The notes below the pieces were generated by a model that was not told the origin of the DNA, made no database searches, and was given only the letters and a program-made list of their open reading frames with translations. From NCBI RefSeq assembly GCF_009914755.1, contig NC_060929.1: a stretch of 64,000 bases of DNA. One strand, written 5' to 3'. Shown here piece after piece: positions 24,964 through 38,292 of the stretch; the first letter of the stretch is position 1; each line of letters opens with the position of its first letter. Origin of the DNA: the human T2T-CHM13v2.0 reference genome, Homo sapiens. The translations under genes were made by a program, and so were the position numbers.

Positions 24964-27504
24964 ATCTTCACTTAAAAAGTAGACCCAAGCATTCTCAGAA
25001 GGTTCTTTGTGATGTGGGCGTTCAACTCACAGACTTGAAACTTTCTTTTGATAGAGCAGTGTTGAAACACACTTTTTGTAGAATCCAGAAGTATTCGTTT
25101 GGAGCGCTTTGTTGCCTATGTGGGAAAAAGGAATATCTTCACTTAAAAACTAGACAGAAGCATTCTCTGAAACTCCTCTGTGAAGTGTGTGTTCAATTCA
25201 CATCGTTGAACCTTTCTTTTGATAGAGCAGTGTTGAAACATACTTTTTGTAGAATCTGCAAGTGTCCATTACGAGTTCTTTTGTGCCTATGTTGGAAAAA
25301 GTGATATCTTCACCTGAAAAATAGACAGAAGCATTCCAGAAACTGCTTTGTAACATATGCATTCAACTCACAGTGTTGAACCTTCCTTTTGAGAGAGCGG
25401 TTTTGAAACAGTCTTTTTGTAGTATCTGCAAGTGGATATTTGCAGTGATTTGAGGCCGAAGAAGGAAAAGGAAATACCTTCAAATAAAAAACTAGACGGA
25501 AGCATTTTCAGAAACTGCCTTGTGATGTGTGCATTCAACTCACAGAGTTGAACCTTCCTTTTGAGAGAGAAGTTTTGAAACAGTCTTTTTGTAGTATTTG
25601 CAAGTGGATATTTGGAGCGATTTGTGGAGTATGGTGGAAAATGAAATACCTTCACATACAAAGTAGACAGAAGCATTCTCAGAAACTGCTTTGTGATGTG
25701 TGCATTTAAGTCACAGACTTGAAACTTCCTTTAGGTAGAGCAGTGTTGAAACACACTTTTTGTATAATCTACAAGTGTTCTTTGGAGTGCTTTGTTGCCT
25801 ATGTTGGAAAAAGAAATATCTTCACATAAAAACTAGACAGAAGCATTCTCAGAAACTCCTTTGTGATGGGTTTGTTCAATTCACATTGTTGAACCTTTCT
25901 TTTGATACAGCAGGGTTGAAACAAACATTTTGTAGAATCTGCAAGTGTTCATTTCAAATGCTTTGTGGCCTATGTTGGAAAAAGTGATATCTTCACCTAA
26001 AAAATAGACAGAAGCATTCTCAGGAACTGCTTTGTAATATGTGCATTCAACTCACAGAGTTGAACCTTCCTTTTGAGAGAGCGGTTTTGAAACAGTCTTT
26101 TTGTAGTATCTGCAAGTGGATATTTGGAGCGATTTGAGGTCTAAGAAGGAAAAGGAAGTACCTTCAAATAAAAACTAGACAGAAGCTTTCTCAGAAACTG
26201 CTTTGTGATGTGTGCATTTAACTCAAAGTCTTGATCCTTACTTTTGTTAGAGCAGTGTTGAAACACACTTTTTGTAGAACCTGGTAGTGTTCATTTGGAG
26301 AGATTTGTTGCCTATGGTGGAAAAAGGATTATCTTCTCTTAAAAACTAGACAGAAGCATTCTTAGAAACTGCTTTGTGATGTGTGTGTTCAATTCACAGA
26401 GTTGAAACTTTCCTTTGACAGAGCAGGTTTGAAACACTGCTTCTGTAGAATCTGCTTGTGGATATTGGGAGCTCCTTGAGGGATACGTTGTAAAAGGCAT
26501 ATCCTCACATACAAACTAAACAGAAGCATTCTCAGAAACTGCTTTGTGATGTGTGCATTCAACTCACAGAGTTGAACCTTCCATTTGAGAGAGCAGTGTT
26601 GAAACGATCTTTTTGTAGTATCTTCAATTGGATATTTGGAGCGATTTGAGGCCTATGATGGAAAAGGAAATATCTTCACATACAAACTAGACAGAAGCAT
26701 TCTCAGAAACTGCTTTGTGATGTGTGCATTCAACCCACAGAGTTGAACCTTCCTTTTGAGAGAGCAGTGTTGAAACGGTCTTTTGTAGTATCTGCAAGTG
26801 GATATTTGGAGCGATTTGAAGCCTATGATGGAAAAGGAAATATCTTCACATACAAACTAGACAGAAGCATTCTCAGAAACTGCTTTGTGATGTGTGCATT
26901 CAACCGACAGATTTGAACTTTCCTTTGGAGAGGGAGGTTTTGAAACAGTCTTTTTGTAGTATCTGCAAGTGGATATTTGTAGTGACTTGGGGCCTCAGGT
27001 GGAAAAGGAAATACCTTCACATACAAAGTAGACAGAAGTATTCTCAGAAACTCCATTGTGATGTGTGCACTCAACTCACAGAGTTGAACCTTCCTTTTGA
27101 GAGAGCAGTTTTGAAACAGTCTTTTTGTAACGTCTGCAGGTGGATATTTGGAGCGATTCGTGTAGTATGATGGAAAAGGAAATATCTTCACATACAAACG
27201 AAACAGAAGCATTCTCAGAAACTTCTTGTGATGTGTGCGTTCACCTAACAGAGTGGAACCGTTCTTTTGATAGAGCCGTTTTGAATCAGTCTTTTGGTAG
27301 GACCTGCAAGTTTTCATTTGGAGCGCTTTGAAGCCCATGGTGGAAAAGGGACTATCTTCACAAAAAACTAGGCAGAAGCCTTCTCAGGAACTTCATTGAG
27401 ATGTGTGCATTCAACTAACAGAGTTGAAACTGTCTTTTGACAGAGGAGGAATGAAACACTCCTTTTGTAGTATCTGATTGTGTATATTTGGAACTCTTTG
27501 AGTT

Positions 27505-27521
27505 ATTCGTTGGAAACGGGT
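27505..27521 (+). other. CENP-B box
   Basis: ATTCGTTGGAAACGGGT, core intact. Confidence 0.92.
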
Positions 27522-30062
27522 ATCTTCACATAAAAAGTAGACCCAAGCATTCTCAGAAGGTTCTTTGTGATGTGGGCGTTCAACTCACAGACTTGAAACT
27601 TTCTTTTGATAGAGCAGTGTTGAAACACACTTTTTGTAGAATCCAGAAGTATTCGTTTGGAGCGCTTTGTTGCCTATGTGGGAAAAAGGAATATCTTCAC
27701 TTAAAAACTAGACAGAAGCATTCTCTGAAACTCCTCTGTGAAGTGTGTGTTCAATTCACATCGTTGAACCTTTCTTTTGATAGAGCAGTGTTGAAACATA
27801 CTTTTTGTAGAATCTGCAAGTGTCCATTACGAGTTATTTTGTGCCTATGTTGGAAAAAGTGATATCTTCACCTGAAAAATAGACAGAAGCATTCCAGAAA
27901 CTGCTTTGTAACATATGCATTCAACTCACAGTGTTGAACCTTCCTTTTGAGAGAGCGGTTTTGAAACAGTCTTTTTGTAGTATCTGCAAGTGGATATTTG
28001 CAGTGATTTGAGGCCGAAGAAGGAAAAGGAAATACCTTCAAATAAAAAACTAGACGGAAGCATTTTCAGAAACTGCCTTGTGATGTGTGCATTCAACTCA
28101 CAGAGTTGAACCTTCCTTTTGAGAGAGAAGTTTTGAAACAGTCTTTTTGTAGTATTTGCAAGTGGATATTTGGAGCGATTTGTGGAGTATGGTGGAAAAT
28201 GAAATACCTTCACATACAAAGTAGACAGAAGCATTCTCAGAAACTGCTTTGTGATGTGTGCATTTAAGTCACAGACTTGAAACTTCCTTTAGGTAGAGCA
28301 GTGTTGAAACACACTTTTTGTATAATCTACAAGTGTTCTTTGGAGTGCTTTGTTGCCTATGTTGGAAAAAGAAATATCTTCACATAAAAACTAGACAGAA
28401 GCATTCTCAGAAACTCCTTTGTGATGGGTTTGTTCAATTCACATTGTTGAACCTTTCTTTTGATACAGCAGGGTTGAAACAAACATTTTGTAGAATCTGC
28501 AAGTGTTCATTTCAAATGCTTTGTGGCCTATGTTGGAAAAAGTGATATCTTCACCTAAAAAATAGACAGAAGCATTCTCAGGAACTGCTTTGTAATATGT
28601 GCATTCAACTCACAGAGTTGAACCTTCCTTTTGAGAGAGCGGTTTTGAAACAGTCTTTTTGTAGTATCTGCAAGTGGATATTTGGAGCGATTTGAGGTCT
28701 AAGAAGGAAAAGGAAGTACCTTCAAATAAAAACTAGACAGAAGCTTTCTCAGAAACTGCTTTGTGATGTGTGCATTTAACTCAAAGTCTTGATCCTTACT
28801 TTTGTTAGAGCAGTGTTGAAACACACTTTTTGTAGAACCTGGTAGTGTTCATTTGGAGAGATTTGTTGCCTATGGTGGAAAAAGGATTATCTTCTCTTAA
28901 AAACTAGACAGAAGCATTCTTAGAAACTGCTTTGTGATGTGTGTGTTCAATTCACAGAGTTGAAACTTTCCTTTGACAGAGCAGGTTTGAAACACTGCTT
29001 CTGTAGAATCTGCTTGTGGATATTGGGAGCTCCTTGAGGAATACGTTGTAAAAGGCATATCCTCACATACAAACTAAACAGAAGCATTCTCAGAAACTGC
29101 TTTGTGATGTGTGCATTCAACTCACAGAGTTGAACCTTCCATTTGAGAGAGCAGTGTTGAAACGATCTTTTTGTAGTATCTTCAATTGGATATTTGGAGC
29201 GATTTGAGGCCTATGATGGAAAAGGAAATATCTTCACATACAAACTAGACAGAAGCATTCTCAGAAACTGCTTTGTGATGTGTGCATTCAACCCACAGAG
29301 TTGAACCTTCCTTTTGAGAGAGCAGTGTTGAAACGGTCTTTTGTAGTATCTGCAAGTGGATATTTGGAGCGATTTGAAGCCTATGATGGAAAAGGAAATA
29401 TCTTCACATACAAACTAGACAGAAGCATTCTCAGAAACTGCTTTGTGATGTGTGCATTCAACCGACAGATTTGAACTTTCCTTTGGAGAGGGAGGTTTTG
29501 AAACAGTCTTTTTGTAGTATCTGCAAGTGGATATTTGTAGTGACTTGGGGCCTCAGGTGGAAAAGGAAATACCTTCACATACAAAGTAGACAGAAGTATT
29601 CTCAGAAACTCCATTGTGATGTGTGCACTCAACTCACAGAGTTGAACCTTCCTTTTGAGAGAGCAGTTTTGAAACAGTCTTTTTGTAACGTCTGCAGGTG
29701 GATATTTGGAGCGATTCGTGTAGTATGATGGAAAAGGAAATATCTTCACATACAAACGAAACAGAAGCATTCTCAGAAACTTCTTGTGATGTGTGCGTTC
29801 ACCTAACAGAGTGGAACCGTTCTTTTGATAGAGCCGTTTTGAATCAGTCTTTTGGTAGGACCTGCAAGTTTTCATTTGGAGCGCTTTGAAGCCCATGGTG
29901 GAAAAGGGACTATCTTCACAAAAAACTAGGCAGAAGCCTTCTCAGGAACTTCATTGAGATGTGTGCATTCAACTAACAGAGTTGAAACTGTCTTTTGACA
30001 GAGGAGGAATGAAACACTCCTTTTGTAGTATCTGATTGTGTATATTTGGAACTCTTTGAGTT

Positions 30063-30079
30063 ATTCGTTGGAAACGGGT
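30063..30079 (+). other. CENP-B box
   Basis: ATTCGTTGGAAACGGGT, core intact. Confidence 0.92.
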
Positions 30080-32620
30080 ATCTTCACATAAAAAGTAGAC
30101 CCAAGCATTCTCAGAAGGTTCTTTGTGATGTGGGCGTTCAACTCACAGACTTGAAACTTTCTTTTGATAGAGCAGTGTTGAAACACACTTTTTGTAGAAT
30201 CCAGAAGTATTCGTTTGGAGCGCTTTGTTGCCTATGTGGGAAAAAGGAATATCTTCACTTAAAAACTAGACAGAAGCATTCTCTGAAACTCCTCTGTGAA
30301 GTGTGTGTTCAATTCACATCGTTGAACCTTTCTTTTGATAGAGCAGTGTTGAAACATACTTTTTGTAGAATCTGCAAGTGTCCATTTCGAGTTCTTTTGT
30401 GCCTATGTTGGAAAAAGTGATATCTTCACCTGAAAAATAGACAGAAGCATTCCAGAAACTGCTTTGTAACATATGCATTCAACTCACAGTGTTGAACCTT
30501 CCTTTTGAGAGAGCGGTTTTGAAACAGTCTTTTTGTAGTATCTGCAAGTGGATATTTGCAGTGATTTGAGGCCGAAGAAGGAAAAGGAAATACCTTCAAA
30601 TAAAAAACTAGACGGAAGCATTTTCAGAAACTGCCTTGTGATGTGTGCATTCAACTCACAGAGTTGAACCTTCCTTTTGAGAGAGAAGTTTTGAAACAGT
30701 CTTTTTGTAGTATTTGCAAGTGGATATTTGGAGCGATTTGTGGAGTATGGTGGAAAATGAAATACCTTCACATACAAAGTAGACAGAAGCATTCTCAGAA
30801 ACTGCTTTGTGATGTGTGCATTTAAGTCACAGACTTGAAACTTCCTTTAGGTAGAGCAGTGTTGAAACACACTTTTTGTATAATCTACAAGTGTTCTTTG
30901 GAGTGCTTTGTTGCCTATGTTGGAAAAAGAAATATCTTCACATAAAAACTAGACAGAAGCATTCTCAGAAACTCCTTTGTGATGGGTTTGTTCAATTCAC
31001 ATTGTTGAACCTTTCTTTTGATACAGCAGGGTTGAAACAAACATTTTGTAGAATCTGCAAGTGTTCATTTCAAATGCTTTGTGGCCTATGTTGGAAAAAG
31101 TGATATCTTCACCTAAAAAATAGACAGAAGCATTCTCAGGAACTGCTTTGTAATATGTGCATTCAACTCACAGAGTTGAACCTTCCTTTTGAGAGAGCGG
31201 TTTTGAAACAGTCTTTTTGTAGTATCTGCAAGTGGATATTTGGAGCGATTTGAGGTCTAAGAAGGAAAAGGAAGTACCTTCAAATAAAAACTAGACAGAA
31301 GCTTTCTCAGAAACTGCTTTGTGATGTGTGCATTTAACTCAAAGTCTTGATCCTTACTTTTGTTAGAGCAGTGTTGAAACACACTTTTTGTAGAACCTGG
31401 TAGTGTTCATTTGGAGAGATTTGTTGCCTATGGTGGAAAAAGGATTATCTTCTCTTAAAAACTAGACAGAAGCATTCTTAGAAACTGCTTTGTGATGTGT
31501 GTGTTCAATTCACAGAGTTGAAACTTTCCTTTGACAGAGCAGGTTTGAAACACTGCTTCTGTAGAATCTGCTTGTGGATATTGGGAGCTCCTTGAGGAAT
31601 ACATTGTAAAAGGCATATCCTCACATACAAACTAAACAGAAGCATTCTCAGAAACTGCTTTGTGATGTGTGCATTCAACTCACAGAGTTGAACCTTCCAT
31701 TTGAGAGAGCAGTGTTGAAACGATCTTTTTGTAGTATCTTCAATTGGATATTTGGAGCGATTTGAGGCCTATGATGGAAAAGGAAATATCTTCACATACA
31801 AACTAGACAGAAGCATTCTCAGAAACTGCTTTGTGATGTGTGCATTCAACCCACAGAGTTGAACCTTCCTTTTGAGAGAGCAGTGTTGAAACGGTCTTTT
31901 GTAGTATCTGCAAGTGGATATTTGGAGCGATTTGAAGCCTATGATGGAAAAGGAAATATCTTCACATACAAACTAGACAGAAGCATTCTCAGAAAGTGCT
32001 TTGTGATGTGTGCATTCAACCGACAGATTTGAACTTTCCTTTGGAGAGGGAGGTTTTGAAACAGTCTTTTTGTAGTATCTGCAAGTGGATATTTGTAGTG
32101 ACTTGGGGCCTCAGGTGGAAAAGGAAATACTTTCACATACAAAGTAGACAGAAGTATTCTCAGAAACTCCATTGTGATGTGTGCACTCAACTCACAGAGT
32201 TGAACCTTCCTTTTGAGAGAGCAGTTTTGAAACAGTCTTTTTGTAACGTCTGCAGGTGGATATTTGGAGCGATTCGTGTAGTATGATGGAAAAGGAAATA
32301 TCTTCACATACAAACGAAACAGAAGCATTCTCAGAAACTTCTTGTGATGTGTGCGTTCACCTAACAGAGTGGAACCGTTCTTTTGATAGAGCCGTTTTGA
32401 ATCAGTCTTTTGGTAGGACCTGCAAGTTTTCATTTGGAGCGCTTTGAAGCCCATGGTGGAAAAGGGACTATCTTCACAAAAAACTAGGCAGAAGCCTTCT
32501 CAGGAACTTCATTGAGATGTGTGCATTCAACTAACAGAGTTGAAACTGTCTTTTGACAGAGGAGGAATGAAACACTCCTTTTGTAGTATCTGATTGTGTA
32601 TATTTGGAACTCTTTGAGTT

Positions 32621-32637
32621 ATTCGTTGGAAACGGGT
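32621..32637 (+). other. CENP-B box
   Basis: ATTCGTTGGAAACGGGT, core intact. Confidence 0.92.
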
Positions 32638-35178
32638 ATCTTCACATAAAAAGTAGACCCAAGCATTCTCAGAAGGTTCTTTGTGATGTGGGCGTTCAAC
32701 TCACAGACTTGAAACTTTCTTTTGATAGAGCAGTGTTGAAACACACTTTTTGTAGAATCCACAAGTATTCGTTTGGAGCGCTTTGTTGCCTATGTGGGAA
32801 AAAGGAATATCTTCACTTAAAAACTAGACAGAAGCATTCTCTGAAACTCCTCTGTGAAGTGTGTGTTCAATTCACATCGTTGAACCTTTCTTTTGATAGA
32901 GCAGTGTTGAAACATACTTTTTGTAGAATCTGCAAGTGTCCATTTCGAGTTCTTTTGTGCGTATGTTGGAAAAAGTGATATCTTCACCTGAAAAATAGAC
33001 AGAAGCATTCCAGAAACTGCTTTGTAACATATGCATTCAACTCACAGTGTTGAACCTTCCTTTTGAGAGAGCGGTTTTGAAACAGTCTTTTTGTAGTATC
33101 TGCAAGTGGATATTTGCAGTGATTTGAGGCCGAAGAAGGAAAAGGAAATACCTTCAAATAAAAAACTAGACGGAAGCATTTTCAGAAACTGCCTTGTGAT
33201 GTGTGCATTCAACTCACAGAGTTGAACCTTCCTTTTGAGAGAGAAGTTTTGAAACAGTCTTTTTGTAGTATTTGCAAGTGGATATTTGGAGCGATTTGTG
33301 GAGTATGGTGGAAAATGAAATACCTTCACATACAAAGTAGACAGAAGCATTCTCAGAAACTGCTTTGTGATGTGTGCATTTAAGTCACAGACTTGAAACT
33401 TCCTTTAGGTAGAGCAGTGTTGAAACACACTTTTTGTATAATCTACAAGTGTTCTTTGGAGTGCTTTGTTGCCTATGTTGGAAAAAGAAATATCTTCACA
33501 TAAAAACTAGACAGAAGCATTCTCAGAAACTCCTTTGTGATGGGTTTGTTCAATTCACATTGTTGAACCTTTCTTTTGATACAGCAGGGTTGAAACAAAC
33601 ATTTTGTAGAATCTGCAAGTGTTCATTTCAAATGCTTTGTGGCCTATGTTGGAAAAAGTGATATGTTCACCTAAAAAATAGACAGAAGCATTCTCAGGAA
33701 CTGCTTTGTAATATGTGCATTCAACTCACAGAGTTGAACCTTCCTTTTGAGAGAGCGGTTTTGAAACAGTCTTTTTGTAGTATCTGCAAGTGGATATTTG
33801 GAGCGATTTGAGGTCTAAGAAGGAAAAGGAAGTACCTTCAAATAAAAACTAGACAGAAGCTTTCTCAGAAACTGCTTTGTGATGTGTGCATTTAACTCAA
33901 AGTCTTGATCCTTACTTTTGTTAGAGCAGTGTTGAAACACACTTTTTGTAGAACCTGGTAGTGTTCATTTGGAGAGATTTGTTGCCTATGGTGGAAAAAG
34001 GATTATCTTCTCTTAAAAACTAGACAGAAGCATTCTTAGAAACTGCTTTGTGATGTGTGTGTTCAATTCACAGAGTTGAAACTTTCCTTTGACAGAGCAG
34101 GTTTGAAACACTGCTTCTGTAGAATCTGCTTGTGGATATTGGGAGCTCCTTGAGGAATACATTGTAAAAGGCATATCCTCACATACAAACTAAACAGAAG
34201 CATTCTCAGAAACTGCTTTGTGATGTGTGCATTCAACTCACAGAGTTGAACCTTCCATTTGAGAGAGCAGTGTTGAAACGATCTTTTTGTAGTATCTTCA
34301 ATTGGATATTTGGAGCGATTTGAGGCCTATGATGGAAAAGGAAATATCTTCACATACAAACTAGACAGAAGCATTCTCAGAAACTGCTTTGTGATGTGTG
34401 CATTCAACCCACAGAGTTGAACCTTCCTTTTGAGAGAGCAGTGTTGAAACGGTCTTTTGTAGTATCTGCAAGTGGATATTTGGAGCGATTTGAAGCCTAT
34501 GATGGAAAAGGAAATATCTTCACATACAAACTAGACAGAAGCATTCTCAGAAAGTGCTTTGTGATGTGTGCATTCAACCGACAGATTTGAACTTTCCTTT
34601 GGAGAGGGAGGTTTTGAAACAGTCTTTTTGTAGTATCTGCAAGTGGATATTTGTAGTGACTTGGGGCCTCAGGTGGAAAAGGAAATACTTTCACATACAA
34701 AGTAGACAGAAGTATTCTCAGAAACTCCATTGTGATGTGTGCACTCAACTCACAGAGTTGAACCTTCCTTTTGAGAGAGCAGTTTTGAAACAGTCTTTTT
34801 GTAACGTCTGCAGGTGGATATTTGGAGCGATTCGTGTAGTATGATGGAAAAGGAAATATCTTCACATACAAACGAAACAGAAGCATTCTCAGAAACTTCT
34901 TGTGATGTGTGCGTTCACCTAACAGAGTGGAACCGTTCTTTTGATAGAGCCGTTTTGAATCAGTCTTTTGGTAGGACCTGCAAGTTTTCATTTGGAGCGC
35001 TTTGAAGCCCATGGTGGAAAAGGGACTATCTTCACAAAAAACTAGGCAGAAGCCTTCTCAGGAACTTCATTGAGATGTGTGCATTCAACTAACAGAGTTG
35101 AAACTGTCTTTTGACAGAGGAGGAATGAAACACTCCTTTTGTAGTATCTGATTGTGTATATTTGGAACTCTTTGAGTT

Positions 35179-35195
35179 ATTCGTTGGAAACGGGT
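35179..35195 (+). other. CENP-B box
   Basis: ATTCGTTGGAAACGGGT, core intact. Confidence 0.92.
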
Positions 35196-37736
35196 ATCTT
35201 CACATAAAAAGTAGACCCAAGCATTCTCAGAAGGTTCTTTGTGATGTGGGCGTTCAACTCACAGACTTGAAACTTTCTTTTGATAGAGCAGTGTTGAAAC
35301 ACACTTTTTGTAGAATCCACAAGTATTCGTTTGGAGCGCTTTGTTGCCTATGTGGGAAAAAGGAATATCTTCACTTAAAAACTAGACAGAAGCATTCTCT
35401 GAAACTCCTCTGTGAAGTGTGTGTTCAATTCACATCGTTGAACCTTTCTTTTGATAGAGCAGTGTTGAAACATACTTTTTGTAGAATCTGCAAGTGTCCA
35501 TTTCGAGTTCTTTTGTGCGTATGTTGGAAAAAGTGATATCTTCACCTGAAAAATAGACAGAAGCATTCCAGAAACTGCTTTGTAACATATGCATTCAACT
35601 CACAGTGTTGAACCTTCCTTTTGAGAGAGCGGTTTTGAAACAGTCTTTTTGTAGTATCTGCAAGTGGATATTTGCAGTGATTTGAGGCCGAAGAAGGAAA
35701 AGGAAATACCTTCAAATAAAAAACTAGACGGAAGCATTTTCAGAAAATGCCTTGTGATGTGTGCATTCAACTCACAGAGTTGAACCTTCCTTTTGAGAGA
35801 GAAGTTTTGAAACAGTCTTTTTGTAGTATTTGCAAGTGGATATTTGGAGCGATTTGTGGAGTATGGTGGAAAATGAAATACCTTCACATACAAAGTAGAC
35901 AGAAGCATTCTCAGAAACTGCTTTGTGATGTGTGCATTTAAGTCACAGACTTGAAACTTCCTTTAGGTAGAGCAGTGTTGAAACACACTTTTTGTATAAT
36001 CTACAAGTGTTCTTTGGAGTGCTTTGTTGCCTATGTTGGAAAAAGAAATATCTTCACATAAAAACTAGACAGAAGCATTCTCAGAAACTCCTTTGTGATG
36101 GGTTTGTTCAATTCACATTGTTGAACCTTTCTTTTGATACAGCAGGGTTGAAACAAACATTTTGTAGAATCTGCAAGTGTTCATTTCAAATGCTTTGTGG
36201 CCTATGTTGGAAAAAGTGATATCTTCACCTAAAAAATAGACAGAAGCATTCTCAGGAACTGCTTTGTAATATGTGCATTCAACTCACAGAGTTGAACCTT
36301 CCTTTTGAGGGAGCGGTTTTGAAACAGTCTTTTTGTAGTATCTGCAAGTGGATATTTGGAGCGATTTGAGGTCTAAGAAGGAAAAGGAAGTACCTTCAAA
36401 TAAAAACTAGACAGAAGCTTTCTCAGAAACTGCTTTGTGATGTGTGCATTTAACTCAAAGTCTTGATCCTTACTTTTGTTAGAGCAGTGTTGAAACACAC
36501 TTTTTGTAGAACCTGGTAGTGTTCATTTGGAGAGATTTGTTGCCTATGGTGGAAAAAGGATTATCTTCTCTTAAAAACTAGACAGAAGCATTCTTAGAAA
36601 CTGCTTTGTGATGTGTGTGTTCAATTCACAGAGTTGAAACTTTCCTTTGACAGAGCAGGTTTGAAACACTGCTTCTGTAGAATCTGCTTGTGGATATTGG
36701 GAGCTCCTTGAGGAATACATTGTAAAAGGCATATCCTCACATACAAACTAAACAGAAGCATTCTCAGAAACTGCTTTGTGATGTGTGCATTCAACTCACA
36801 GAGTTGAACCTTCCATTTGAGAGAGCAGTGTTGAAACGATCTTTTTGTAGTATCTTCAATTGGATATTTGGAGCGATTTGAGGCCTATGATGGAAAAGGA
36901 AATATCTTCACATACAAACTAGACAGAAGCATTCTCAGAAACTGCTTTGTGATGTGTGCATTCAACCCACAGAGTTGAACCTTCCTTTTGAGAGAGCAGT
37001 GTTGAAACGGTCTTTTGTAGTATCTGCAAGTGGATATTTGGAGCGATTTGAAGCCTATGATGGAAAAGGAAATATCTTCACATACAAACTAGACAGAAGC
37101 ATTCTCAGAAAGTGCTTTGTGATGTGTGCATTCAACCGACAGATTTGAACTTTCCTTTGGAGAGGGAGGTTTTGAAACAGTCTTTTTGTAGTATCTGCAA
37201 GTGGATATTTGTAGTGACTTGGGGCCTCAGGTGGAAAAGGAAATACTTTCACATACAAAGTAGACAGAAGTATTCTCAGAAACTCCATTGTGATGTGTGC
37301 ACTCAACTCACAGAGTTGAACCTTCCTTTTGAGAGAGCAGTTTTGAAACAGTCTTTTTGTAACGTCTGCAGGTGGATATTTGGAGCGATTCGTGTAGTAT
37401 GATGGAAAAGGAAATATCTTCACATACAAACGAAACAGAAGCATTCTCAGAAACTTCTTGTGATGTGTGCGTTCACCTAACAGAGTGGAACCGTTCTTTT
37501 GATAGAGCCGTTTTGAATCAGTCTTTTGGTAGGACCTGCAAGTTTTCATTTGGAGCGCTTTGAAGCCCATGGTGGAAAAGGGACTATCTTCACAAAAAAC
37601 TAGGCAGAAGCCTTCTCAGGAACTTCATTGAGATGTGTGCATTCAACTAACAGAGTTGAAACTGTCTTTTGACAGAGGAGGAATGAAACACTCCTTTTGT
37701 AGTATCTGATTGTGTATATTTGGAACTCTTTGAGTT

Positions 37737-37753
37737 ATTCGTTGGAAACGGGT
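37737..37753 (+). other. CENP-B box
   Basis: ATTCGTTGGAAACGGGT, core intact. Confidence 0.92.
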
Positions 37754-38292
37754 ATCTTCACATAAAAAGTAGACCCAAGCATTCTCAAAAGGTTCTTTGT
37801 GATGTGGGCGTTCAACTCACAGACTTGAAACTTTCTTTTGATAGAGCAGTGTTGAAACACACTTTTTGTAGAATCCACAAGTATTCGTTTGGAGCGCTTT
37901 GTTGCCTATGTGGGAAAAAGGAATATCTTCACTTAAAAACTAGACAGAAGCATTCTCTGAAACTCCTCTGTGAAGTGTGTGTTCAATTCACATCGTTGAA
38001 CCTTTCTTTTGATAGAGCAGTGTTGAAACATACTTTTTGTAGAATCTGCAAGTGTCCATTTCGAGTTCTTTTGTGCGTATGTTGGAAAAAGTGATATCTT
38101 CACCTGAAAAATAGACAGAAGCATTCCAGAAACTGCTTTGTAACATATGCATTCAACTCACAGTGTTGAACCTTCCTTTTGAGAGAGCGGTTTTGAAACA
38201 GTCTTTTTGTAGTATCTGCAAGTGGATATTTGCAGTGATTTGAGGCCGAAGAAGGAAAAGGAAATACCTTCAAATAAAAAACTAGACGGAAG

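Larger units (their letters stand above)
7597..38292 (+). repeat. Run of 12 homogeneous canonical 15-mer HOR copies
   Basis: Exact 2558-bp spacing of markers from 7621 to 38317 (12 x 2558 = 30696); only scattered SNPs. Confidence 0.95.
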
